Assembly: GCA_035389045.1 (NCBI GenBank)
Contig: DAOORA010000008.1
Coordinates: forward strand, 1 to 64,000
Length of the DNA: 64,000 bases
Reading direction: 5' to 3'
Source of the DNA: Bacteroidales bacterium
Lineage (GTDB): Bacteria; Bacteroidota; Bacteroidia; Bacteroidales; CAIWKO01
A program made the position numbers and the translations under genes. Below, piece after piece: positions 36,614-47,800 of this stretch. The notes beneath the pieces are model-generated. The model was not told where the DNA came from. It was given only the letters and a program-made list of their open reading frames with translations, and did no database searches. Position 1 is the stretch's first letter. Every line of letters begins with the position of its first letter.

Positions 36614-37777
36614 ATGAAAACAAAAATTGTTTCTTTCGTTATGATCCTGCTCATTGTTGGCGGTTGCTCCTCTTCAAAACAATATCTTGAAAAAGGAAAT
36701 TTCGATATGGCAACCAAAAAATCCATTGCCAAACTCCGCAAAAAACCTGATAATGCCAAACAGCTTTGGGTGCTCACTCAGGCTTACAAAAAAGCCAATG
36801 CCCAGAACCTTGAACGAATCGATTTTTTGCGTAAAACCGGACAGCCGGATATCTGGGAAGAGGTTTTCCAAAACTATACCGCATTAAAAAACCGCCAGGA
36901 CCTGGCTAAAACGCTACCGCAAAATATACTGACCTCTATCGGATTTGAATTTCACGATTACGATAAAGACCTGATAGAATCAGAAAAAAAAGCCTGCGAC
37001 TATTATTATGCACTGGGTGTAAAGCTGCTCAACAGCAACGATAAGATGTCTGCCCGCCAGGCCTACAGCGAGTTTTTAAAAATCAAAAAACATTATACCG
37101 ACTACAAAGATGTGAAAGACCTGATCAGGAAAGCCGAAGAAATGGGCACCTCACATGTGATTATGTACATGCAAAACAACAGCAACGCCTTATTGCCCAA
37201 GGATTTTGAATACGAGTTTTTGAAAATTGACATACCTGACCTGGACACAAAATGGGTAAAATACGACACCAAAGAGCAGGACGGCCTTACCTACGATTAT
37301 GCCATAGTGGTAAACCTCAAAGTTATTGATGTGTCGCCCGAACGCTTAAAAGAAAAAATCTGGACCGAAGCCAAAACCATACAGGACGGCTGGACTTACC
37401 AGCTCGACAACCGCGGCAATGTGATGAAAGACAGCTTAGGTAACGATATCAAAGAGCCCAGGTATATCAGGACAGAATGTCATGTGAAGGAGATAGCTCA
37501 ACACAAAGAAGCCGTGCTGTCTGGTAAGCTTGATTTTTACAACAATGCCAGCAAACAACTGATGACTTCCGAAAACATCATCGCCAACTCCGTATTCAGC
37601 AATGGCTATCTGATGGCCAACGGCGACCTGCGTGCGCTGACGCCCGAAACCCAGAAACGCCTGGGCAATGCTCCCCTGCCCTTCCCCGGCGATTTCGACA
37701 TGATACTGATGGCCAACGAGTTTCTGCAAAAAGCCGTGATGGAGGTGGTCAGGAATAAGTCTTATTTGATGAAGTAA
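36614..37777 (+). CDS. Hypothetical lipoprotein (helical N-terminal half)
   Basis: VGGC lipobox; 387-aa ORF; no function recognised. Confidence 0.75.
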   Translation: MKTKIVSFVMILLIVGGCSSSKQYLEKGNFDMATKKSIAKLRKKPDNAKQLWVLTQAYKKANAQNLERIDFLRKTGQPDIWEEVFQNYTALKNRQDLAKTLPQNILTSIGFEFHDYDKDLIESEKKACDYYYALGVKLLNSNDKMSARQAYSEFLKIKKHYTDYKDVKDLIRKAEEMGTSHVIMYMQNNSNALLPKDFEYEFLKIDIPDLDTKWVKYDTKEQDGLTYDYAIVVNLKVIDVSPERLKEKIWTEAKTIQDGWTYQLDNRGNVMKDSLGNDIKEPRYIRTECHVKEIAQHKEAVLSGKLDFYNNASKQLMTSENIIANSVFSNGYLMANGDLRALTPETQKRLGNAPLPFPGDFDMILMANEFLQKAVMEVVRNKSYLMK

Positions 37778-37989
37778 GTACTATTCCTTTATTATCCTGA
37801 TACCGCCTTATATTTAAGAACAAGAGCCATCACATAGCGATACAAAAACATAAGCAAAACCGCTAACTTCAGAGATATAAGATAGAATTAAAATTTATTA
37901 TATTTATATACATTTGTTTCATGGCAAAGAAATTCAGCAATTTTCTGGAATTAAAATATATTTTTACCAAAAAGATTAAAAAAACGCTA

Positions 37990-39051
37990 ATGAAAAAAAC
38001 ACCATTACTATGGGTTGTAGTGTTATTTTGTTGTATAGCACAGTCTTACGGGCAAACTCAAAAGAAAATAAAATTCAGTTTTTCGACGGCCATGATCATG
38101 CGGATAGTGGACCAAAGTATTAACGACGGAGAAAAAACAGATAATTCCATCCCTGAAAAAGACAAAACCATAACCATAGCCAGCGAATTTAACCCCATCA
38201 TTTTAAACGGGAATCTGTTTTCGGGTATTGCATACAGTTATCCTCATTTCGACTATAAAGAGGTTATCAAAATGAACGGAGAATTTTCACCCGATAAAAA
38301 GGCCATAAAATGGCTCAAAATAAAATACAAAAAAACTCATTTTGCAGGCGATCCGGAGATTCCGATGTATTCAACCGATGAAACCTATTTTAACTTTGAG
38401 GTCAGGGATATCCCATTATCATACGGAAATCAATACAGCATGAGTGGCGACGGCTCTAAGGTGACGATAGAGAAGTATGAAAAATTGTATTTCGGCCAGA
38501 GCACCCACAACCGGGTTGAGGTTTATGAAGAGTATTTGGTAAGGCCGGTGGTGAGGCCTTCTTCAGTGGTTGGCGCCATTTTTCTTAACGACGTTACCAC
38601 GGCCGCTGAAAAAGAATTTTCTGTTCGCATTTCCCACATGAATAAAAAAGCCAGCGAAGAAGAAAAAATACAGGAAAAAGGCCTGGCTGCTTTTTTGACC
38701 GCTGAATTAAGCTCTATACCGGGCATAGTGGTTTATGAAGGCATGTATAATGATGTGCTTCAGGCCGAGGCGGCACTTTCCACCTCAGGATTGGTAAGCC
38801 AGGAGACGGCAATAGATGCGGAAGTGCAAAAATATATGCTGGAAATGAAAGTGGATATGGCGGTTTTTATTTCGGTGAAAACCGCAACCGATCAGCCCGG
38901 TACCTACATATGCACCATAACTTACACGGCATCGGAAAAAATGCTCACATTTAATCATACCATAAAATCCGGCACTGACTATACTGTTTTTATCGACAGG
39001 GTGTTTACCAGTATGGCTCATACCATTAAAAATATGAGAGAAAACAACTAA
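37990..39051 (+). CDS. Exported hypothetical protein with CsgG/FlgO-like C-terminal region
   Basis: Signal peptide from MKKTPLL (37990); LTAELS..PGIVVYE..VLQAE..LSTSGLVSQETAI resembles the CsgG-family pattern. Confidence 0.55.
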   Translation: MKKTPLLWVVVLFCCIAQSYGQTQKKIKFSFSTAMIMRIVDQSINDGEKTDNSIPEKDKTITIASEFNPIILNGNLFSGIAYSYPHFDYKEVIKMNGEFSPDKKAIKWLKIKYKKTHFAGDPEIPMYSTDETYFNFEVRDIPLSYGNQYSMSGDGSKVTIEKYEKLYFGQSTHNRVEVYEEYLVRPVVRPSSVVGAIFLNDVTTAAEKEFSVRISHMNKKASEEEKIQEKGLAAFLTAELSSIPGIVVYEGMYNDVLQAEAALSTSGLVSQETAIDAEVQKYMLEMKVDMAVFISVKTATDQPGTYICTITYTASEKMLTFNHTIKSGTDYTVFIDRVFTSMAHTIKNMRENN

Positions 39052-39555
39052 TCCGCCAGGGCTAAACGTTTCGTATCAGAATAGACAAAATACCTGATTT
39101 ACTTCGCCCGCAGGGAATTGAAATTTGCGTGTATCTTTTGGCTCATTATCAGCATCTTTTACTAAACAGGTATTGGTTCGATTGGAAAAACATAATAGTC
39201 CTCCTTATAGTTTCATTATCCTTATACTCGCTTGACCATTAGCCCTGAAATATCTTTTATCTGCAAACTCGCTATCAGGTTGCGCAGTGTTTGTATGTAT
39301 ACATCATTTTTTTGGTTATGCCCGGATCAAAAATGCTTGCAGTCACAAGTGTTGAAAATATCAATAACGAAATAATAACTGCACAACATTGCACAGAACC
39401 AACAATAAAAATCAGGAAAATTTATGGCTTGTTGCACCACAAACATGTATCATTCACAAGAAAAAAATCTGTAGTGCTACCTGCCGAAATTAATAAAACG
39501 AAACAATTGATTGCCAAAGGAATACGTTCTGATAGCTGCAATGCGGACTAAGCAA

Positions 39556-41636
39556 TTATAAGGATTGATTTTCAAAATTTTCGTTTTCCAGATTTGGTCG
39601 TTTTGTTTTCAGCGGGTTAACAAAATACATCTCTACAAATCCTTTGTTTTTAACATCAATCTTTCCACGGTACATGCAATCATAGTCATCCCTGATAAGC
39701 ATATAGGTTGAGTGGGATACATTCACCTTCCCTGGTTCACTGTTTGACTCCATACGTGAAGCAGTGTTTACGGTATCGCCCCAAATATCATAAGAAAACT
39801 TCTTAATGCCCACAATACCTGCAACCACAGGCCCTGAATTTATCCCAACCCTCATTTCAAAACCCGGTTTGCCGGCAGCAATGTTTTCATCGCGGCGGTT
39901 TTGAATACATTGAATCATTTCAAAAGCTGCAGCCACAATATCCTTTGCATGTGTTTTGTTTGAAACCGGCAAGCCACCAGCACACATGTATGAATCGCCA
40001 ATTGTTTTTATTTTTTCGATCTGATATCGGCTTATGATCTTATCAAACTCACTGAAACAATAATTCACTTCATGAACAAGTTCCTGCGGGGTCATTTTTT
40101 CGGCTAAAGCAGTGAATCCTTTAAAATCTGAAAAAAGCACCGTTACCATATCAAACATATGGGGCTGGGCCGATCCATATTGTTTCAGTTCTTCAGCCAC
40201 TTCGGTAGGCAGAATATTTAAAAGCAGTTCATCCGAACGTTTCTTCTCAAGGGTTATAATCCGGTTGTCACGTTGTTTTATTTTATAACTCCTGATAAGA
40301 ATAAGCGTGATGACCATCAGGATCAAAACTCCGCCCAACAGTGACCATCGCACAAAACGTTCCTGCCTGCGAAGCAAGCGCTCCTCGTTCAATTCTTTAT
40401 CTTTCAGTTCACTCTGGTATTTCGCCTCCATCTCTTTTAATTGCCGGCTTCCTGTTTCCGTATATATCTGCTCCTCTATGGTACGTGCAAGGCTAATATG
40501 TTCGTAGGCTTCTTTATATTTTTTATTGGCAAATTCAACCTGAGCAAGACACATGGCAGAAAAAGCAATACCCGGCTTTGTTCCACCCTTCCCGGCATAT
40601 TTCAAACCCTTGGATTGCCAGAATTCAGCTGCTATAAAATTACCTTGATCTCTGAAAAGATTTCCCAGGCTGGTACATGCCCCGCCAAGTAAAGAATAAT
40701 CCCCGATACGCGTCGTATCCTCGACTATCTGGCGTTCAAGATGTATTATGGACTTCATGTAATACTGCTCTCCAAGGGAAAACTTTCCCCAGTCATGATA
40801 AACACCCCCGATGTTAATTAAAGCGTGTATGATCAGATTTTCGTCAGGAATACGCTTTGAAAATTCTAAGGAAGATTGAAAAGCGTCAATGCTTTTTTCA
40901 TGAAAAGTAATTCCCTGCTCAATGGGGATCTGTCCGATAAAAGCAGCGGAATGATAGATGTGACCCAATAAAATCCAGGACCGGGCAATTCCCGGGTTGT
41001 AATTTATTTTTATAGCTAAATCTTTTGCCTGTCCGGCATATTTCATGGCCTGTGTCAAAACGTCCTGGTATAACTGAATATTCCCCAGTCCAAGTAATAT
41101 TTCAACTTTATATTGCTGGATTTTATTTTTAAAGTGCTTGTCGGATATTCCACTCAAAAGGTTATTTGCTTCCAGATAACATTTCATTGACTGAGTATAA
41201 TTGCTAACTCTGTAGCTGATTTTTCCGCAGGCAAGATTACAGCGTACAGCCAATAATANNNNNNNNNNNNNNNNNNNNNNNNNNNNNNNNNNNNNNNNNN
41301 NNNNNNNNNNNNNNNNNNNNNNNNNNNNNNNNNNNNNNNNNNNNNNNNNNNNNNNNNNCTAACTCTGTAGCTGATTTTTCCGCAGGCAAGATTACAGCGT
41401 ACAGCCAATAATAAAATAGAAGGTTGTTGCTGTTCTATACTACTAATCATACGATCAGCATTTTTTTTTGCTTCAAAATAAATATCATAGGCCGTCCATG
41501 TTTCTGCAGATGAAATGCTGTCACCTTTTTTCAGCAGCATATTTATTATTGTCGTATCATAAGTCTGACAATACCCTGAATCAAATGATAATAGCCGAAT
41601 AAGCAATACAACAAATATAAATTTGCAAATTTTCAT
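39556..41636 (-). CDS. TPR-sensor, single-TM class III adenylate/guanylate cyclase (spans assembly gap)
   Basis: LLLNILP, VLFSDFKGFT, EKIKTIGDSYM, RVGINSGPVVAG, YDIWGDTVNTASRME; removing 100 N plus the 55-bp duplicate joins the two ORFs into 641 aa. Confidence 0.9.
41259..41358. other. Assembly gap (100 N) with duplicated 55-bp flank
   Basis: 41204..41258 is identical to 41359..41413. Confidence 0.97.
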
Positions 41637-41750
41637 GCAATCGCATCATTTGGTTAAACAAATATAGTGAAAATTACAACTTTATATTAGAAATTGTATC
41701 TAAGAATAAATAATTGCCAGGCCTTCCGCATCAGAGCAACAATCAGAAAA

Positions 41751-41787
41751 TTAAAAGGCTGCCTTTGCTTTAAAGGCAGCCTTTTAA
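41751..41787. terminator. Intrinsic terminator after the giant T9SS gene
   Basis: Perfect 16-bp stem TTAAAAGGCTGCCTTT / AAAGGCAGCCTTTTAA. Confidence 0.85.
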
Positions 41788-41834
41788 TTAATATTCGCAA
41801 GCGTTATTTAACACACATCGGATTAATCATAGCA

Positions 41835-44800
41835 TCAATGAATCATCTTCAATATCATACATTTTGATTTATCCGAACCGGAAAACTCCAGTGTAAATGA
41901 ATACATACCTGCCGGTAGATCCTTAGATGAAAACAATACGGAATGTTTTCCGCTGCTTTGGGTTTCATTCAGGATTTCTTCCACCAGTTCGCCAATGGCA
42001 TTGTAAACTTTTAGTTTTACCGTGCCGTTTTCCGGCAAATTATACGTCAGAGTGGCTTCTCCGTTAAACGGGTTGGGATACCCGGCAAACTCAAATCCGC
42101 CATCCTGCTCATTGCCCTGCATCCATATCCTGGGCATCAGTAGGTAAACATCATCAATTTCTTCGCCGTACCGGTTACCTATCACTCCGGTGCCACTCAG
42201 TTCAAACTTTACTTCACCCTGTTCCATATCACTGGCAGCACGGAATCCCAATCTTATCAGTTCCGTATTGGCATCCACATCAAAGTGTTGGTTTGTAGCA
42301 TATACAATCCTTATTATTCCGTTCTCATCGGTTACCAACAGATCATTATCGTCGGCTATGATCTCCTCCAGCGACGGGTTGATCTTTACCTGTGCGTTTT
42401 TCTCAGCAGATACGGGCATGGAAACATTTACCAGCCTGTATCCAGCAACGGGATAAGCAATCTCAAGCCCTATGGCCGACAAGTCGTTTATTTTCGTGTT
42501 GATACGTAAAGGTATTTCAAAATAAGCAGGGTCATTGGTGGTGAGGTATTCGCCGGAGTGTTCAATAATCCCGGACGGCAATGATTTGGCGCCGTTCCAG
42601 TTATTCAGCGAATCGCGGTATTTGGTGCTGGAAGCATTGAAATCGCCGTAGCAGATCGTCTTCAGGTCGAGGTTCAGATCAGCACCTGCGACAGTGATGC
42701 CGGTATCTAAAGCCACCCAGTTGCCTTTAGGGAAATTCTTGCTGACCAGATAGGGCGACCCGATCTTTGCCTTGATCCTCGAAATATCTATTGAATTAAT
42801 CGCTGTATTATTGTCTGCATTGGCCGCTTTCCTGTATTTCGGGTAGAAATTCCTGGACGGATCCATGAGAGTATCCACCCCTATGTAATACTTCACCATC
42901 GTCACGTCGATGGCATTTGCACCATCACCCCACTGCATGCTGTCGGCAGTGTATTTATCATAAGACAGCATATAGCTGCCATCCATGATACCACTGATTT
43001 GATAATTTCCATAGGCATCGCTGGTATCTCTGGCCACCTCGGCGCCTCCTGTTGTTTTCAGTATAACGATCACGCCATCAATATTATATATTGCTGAATT
43101 ATAGGCAGGTGGATTGGGGGCCGGGTTGCCGGTATTGGCTTTGGCGGCATAGCGTGTTTTTCCATAAATAAGATGCCCCGCAACAGTGAGGTTCAGCGTG
43201 TAAATACTATCGCATCCGCTGATGGTCTGGTATTCCGCCGTATATATACCTGCAGCGGTGTAATCATTCCCGTGCCAGGTATAGGTCTGACCGGAATAGA
43301 TCGAATGATTTTCAGTAAAGGCATAAACAGGATTTACGGTCAAATGCAAAGTGTAAACACTATCACAATCATGGGTTGTTTGATAATTGGCTGTATACGT
43401 TCCGGCATCCGTGTAATTGTTTCCGTGCCAGGTAAAGGTTTCTCCGTCACATATGGAATGATTTTCTGTAAATGTGTACACCGGGTTTACAGTTAAATGC
43501 AGGGTATAAACACTGTCGCAGCCCAGGGCAGTATAATAGGCCGCTGTATAAGTACCGCTGTCGGCATACAGGGTCCCCTGCCACAAATAGGTTTCCCCGG
43601 CGCATATCTGATAATATTCTTCAAATGTATATACGGGTAATCCTTCATCTACGATATTATCGCAGTCGTCGTCGAGGCCATTGCATACTTCCTCCGCTCC
43701 CGGGTGTATAGCAGCCACTGAATCATTGCAATCCAGATTATCAGCGACATAGCCCGGAAACAGGTTACATGCCTGAATTGAATTTTCCGGATCGCCATAG
43801 CCATCTTCATCATAATCCCTGTAAAACGTCAGCAGCGGTTTTACATTTACTGTAATAAGCGTATCCAGAATGATGCTGCATAAAGTTACGGGGTCTGTAG
43901 CTTTTATGGTGAACATCGATGCAGCGGTCATCAAGCCGGTGTTAAAAGTCAATGTATCGCCGGCTCCGGCTTGTGTGATTCCGATATCGGTTCCATTTTT
44001 CTGCAACTGGTATATTATGCCGGTCTCCGGATTCCCCAGGTAAATATTTGCGGAATCATTATAACAAACGGTATCTGCTGAAGCATGAACAAACATATCG
44101 TAGTAGAGTGAACGGACTTCCGATTCAGAGATTTTGCGGTCAAAAACCCTGACATCATCAATATTTCCGCTGAAGAACCTGTTGGTATAATCGCCCTGCC
44201 TTCCGATGGCAAAGTATGTCCCTGTATACGAAACATTGCCCGACCATGCGACAGAAGATATGGGTTGAGACACCCCGTTATAATAAATTCTGGCGTCTTC
44301 GTTTGCTTTCCGGGTTGCCACAATATGCACCCACTGGTTCAGCGGCACCGGTGTTTTGGCATTAGAAACGTGCCAGCTTCCGTCGCCGATCTGGAAATGT
44401 ATATGTCCGGGCTGTGCAGTTTGTCCGTCGGGATTTGTTCTTCCATCCAGGAATAACGAAGCTCCTGAACCTCCGTATCCGTCGTGCTGGCTTCCCACAA
44501 TTAAGCCCAGATCACCGTATGAAGGATAAGAGGTAACGTAGATCCAGGCAGACAGTGTTATTTCATTTTGGATCTGTAACAAAGCCGGAACCGTGTCGGC
44601 GAAATAGATATAGTCGCCATACCCGTCGAAGCTAAATGCGCTGTTGACATTCAGATACCGGTCGGCAACAGGGTCTGCTCCGAAAACTGTTCCGTCGATT
44701 CCATGTCCGCTTTCATCACTGGCATTATTATTAAAAGGGTAAAAAGCCACCAATCCGTCTCTGGAGCTTAAATCTGCCGGTTTGGGCTTCACATAAAGAT

Positions 44801-47800
44801 TCAGTGTATAAATACTATCGTTGCCACAGATACTCTGGTAGTTTTTGGTGTAAACGCCGGCAGCGGTATAAGTATCACCCTGCCATATATATACCCCTCC
44901 TTCGCAGATCGTATCAATCTCATTAAACGTATATGAAGCATTATCGATTGTAATATACAGCGTGTCAAATAATCTTTCACACCACGTAGTAACATAAGCG
45001 GCATGGATGGAAAATTGCGCGGCCTCGGTCATCGGACCCGTATTAAAGGTCAGGGTGTCTCCGTTTCCGGCTTGCGGGCTACCCGAAATCATTCCGTTTT
45101 TCAGTAACTGATAAGACACCAGATTTTCGGAATTCAGGAGATAAATGTTTGCAGAATTATTAAAACATACATTATTGGAAGATGCATAAACAGAACGATC
45201 TGACGGGGCGGTTTTAACAAATAAATTCAGGGTATAGATGCTGTCGGTTCCGCACATTGTCAGATAATTTGCTGAATACGTACCGGAAGCATTGTAAATA
45301 CCACCTTGCCAGAAATAGATTTCGCTGGCGCAAATGGTATCGTATTGCGTAAATGAAAAGGCGGCGTCTACAGTAAGGTTCAAGGTGTATATACTGTCAT
45401 TTCCGCAAGCTGTTTGGTAGTTGTCGGTATAGGTTCCTGCTGTATTATATATGTTTCCGTGCCAGGTATAAGACTGGCCGCTACATATGTTTTGATTTTC
45501 TGTAAACAAATACGACGGGTCCACAGCGAGGTTCATGGTGTATATACTGTCGCAGCCGAATGCCGTCTGATAGCTTACGGTATAGGTTCCGGGGGAATTG
45601 TAAACGTTTCCGTGCCAGATAATGCTATCGCCACTGCATATGGCATGATCTTCGGTAAGTGCAAAAGTGGGATGCACCGTTACCGTAATACTCGCTGTAT
45701 CAGAACACTGATCGGCATTGGAAGCAATCAGGGTATAGAGTTCCGTTTGCCAAGGGGCAAAGGGGATGCCATTGCTAACACCCTGGTCCCATGAATAGGT
45801 TTCAGCACCGCTTCCCGTCAGGGTTACTGAGTCGTCATAGCATATTCCCGTAGCTGTAGCTGTGATATTCAGATTGAGGGTGTTAAATATCATAAGACTG
45901 TCAATCATCACATTATTATAATCGAACGTTTTAATGACGAGCGAATCGCCGGCAACTTCAATATTCACATAATGCATGATACTGGCACTTTTTGCCATGA
46001 ACCAGCCGTATCCCGGGCCATACATGGGCGCTCCGGCAGCTCCGGAAACGATCTGACAGCGGCCATTCAAAGGACAGTGACCATAGCTGGCAACACCGGA
46101 AGTATCGGAGATATTCCTGTTTATGGGAACGGTTCTCTGATAGTTATGTGTGTGCCCGTTAAAGATTACATCCACGCCGTAATCATCGAATGCCTTCCAC
46201 CATGTAGGAAACAGATAATCCATTTCACCCGCATGGGAAGGGCTGGTATAGAACGGCCTGTGAAAGAACACGAATTTCCATTTTTTATCTTTATTACTTT
46301 CCAGGGTATTAAGCAGCCAGTTGTACTGCAGGGAATCCGACGCATCTTCGCTGTTAAGTCCGATAAACAAAGAATTCCCTACCACAAAGGAATAATAAAG
46401 TTCATCTCCCGGGGCCGGGGGCTGAACCATCAGATTGGTAAAATTTACGGCATCAGGGTCATTGACGAGATCATGATTTCCTAAGGTATAGTATACCATA
46501 TTGTTTTTGAAAAACTTCTCGCCGTGATCAAACCATGTATCCCATGAGGAGGTTGTTCCACCTACATCCACCATGTCGCCGAGGAACAGCACAAAGTCCG
46601 ATGGCCTGACCGCCTCCGATATAGAATTCCAGTCATCCCAGTTGGTACGGCTGTCGCCCATAGCCGTAAAAGTAAAATGTTCTGCATCAGAACCTTTAGC
46701 GGTGTAATATACGTTATCATCTGTCCATTTCTGCATGAATGAATCCCATATTGTGTAATGTATTACGGTGTCTTTAAGTAAAACAGGAAAACTGTAATCA
46801 AAAAGACTTTGGACATAATTACTTCTCATCACTCCGGCGTAGGTACCCTCCATATATAAGGTATCATAACCCCAGCGGAGGCTGTCGGATGTACCGGGGC
46901 CCCGCCAGGTTATTGTTGCACCGTCGAGCGGCAGATTGGTAGTTCCGAAATGTATCTGGCTTATGGTGGAAGCCGTCTGAGGGATCAATTCCATGTTGAA
47001 TCCGAGATCGGAACTTGTCGCACTCGTCTGATGCACTTCCACGGCAATGGTATTCATCCCGTTCTGAACATAATTTGCCGGGATGATGAGCTGCTGGTAA
47101 TTGGCCTCATCGGCATAGGTAGGCGCAAGTGTGCTGTAAGTGATCGTCCCTGAAGGCATATTCACTCGCTGAACTTCTGTGCCATTGATATAAAAAACAG
47201 CGCCGTCATCAACCAAAGCCCTGATAATAAAATAGTTTTCCGTACCGGTGGTCATGTAACCAAAGGTTTTACGGAAATAACAAGTCGGGTATCTGTTGGT
47301 GTCAACGCCTCCATAGCTTACCGTGGTGATGACAGGTTCGGCATCTATGGTTCCATAGCCCAGCAGTGCATTTCCCATAGCCCATGTTGAATCGTTATAA
47401 CCTGCCTCTTTCCAGTCAGTGCCGAGATCTGTGCCGGTATCATTATATTTCCAGGTCGAATTAAGGTCAACCGGATTAACATGGGGAATAAGGTTCATAT
47501 CAAACCCGAGGTCAGAACTGCTCACACTGTTCTGATGCACCTCGACCGCTATGGTATTAAGCCCGTTTTGAATGTAAGAAGCAGGAATGTTGAACTGCTG
47601 GTATGTTTCGCCGGCGTAAGTTATTGCCAGTGTACTATGGGTTATCGTTCCGGCAGGCATGTTGACACGCTGAACTTCCACACCGTTGATATAGAACACA
47701 GCGCCATCATCTATCAGGGTATTGATCTCATAATATGTTTCATTACCGGTAACGGAGCAGTTAATCGTTTTTCTGAAATAATACGTTGGATACTTATTAT

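Noticed and set aside
39060..39551. ORF 39291..39551 or a decayed gene in this spacer
   Set aside because: Hand translation of both strands gave only short frames with no recognisable family
41184..41636. Separate 150-aa gene or frameshifted cyclase pseudogene
   Set aside because: Explained by the N-gap and the 55-bp duplicated overlap
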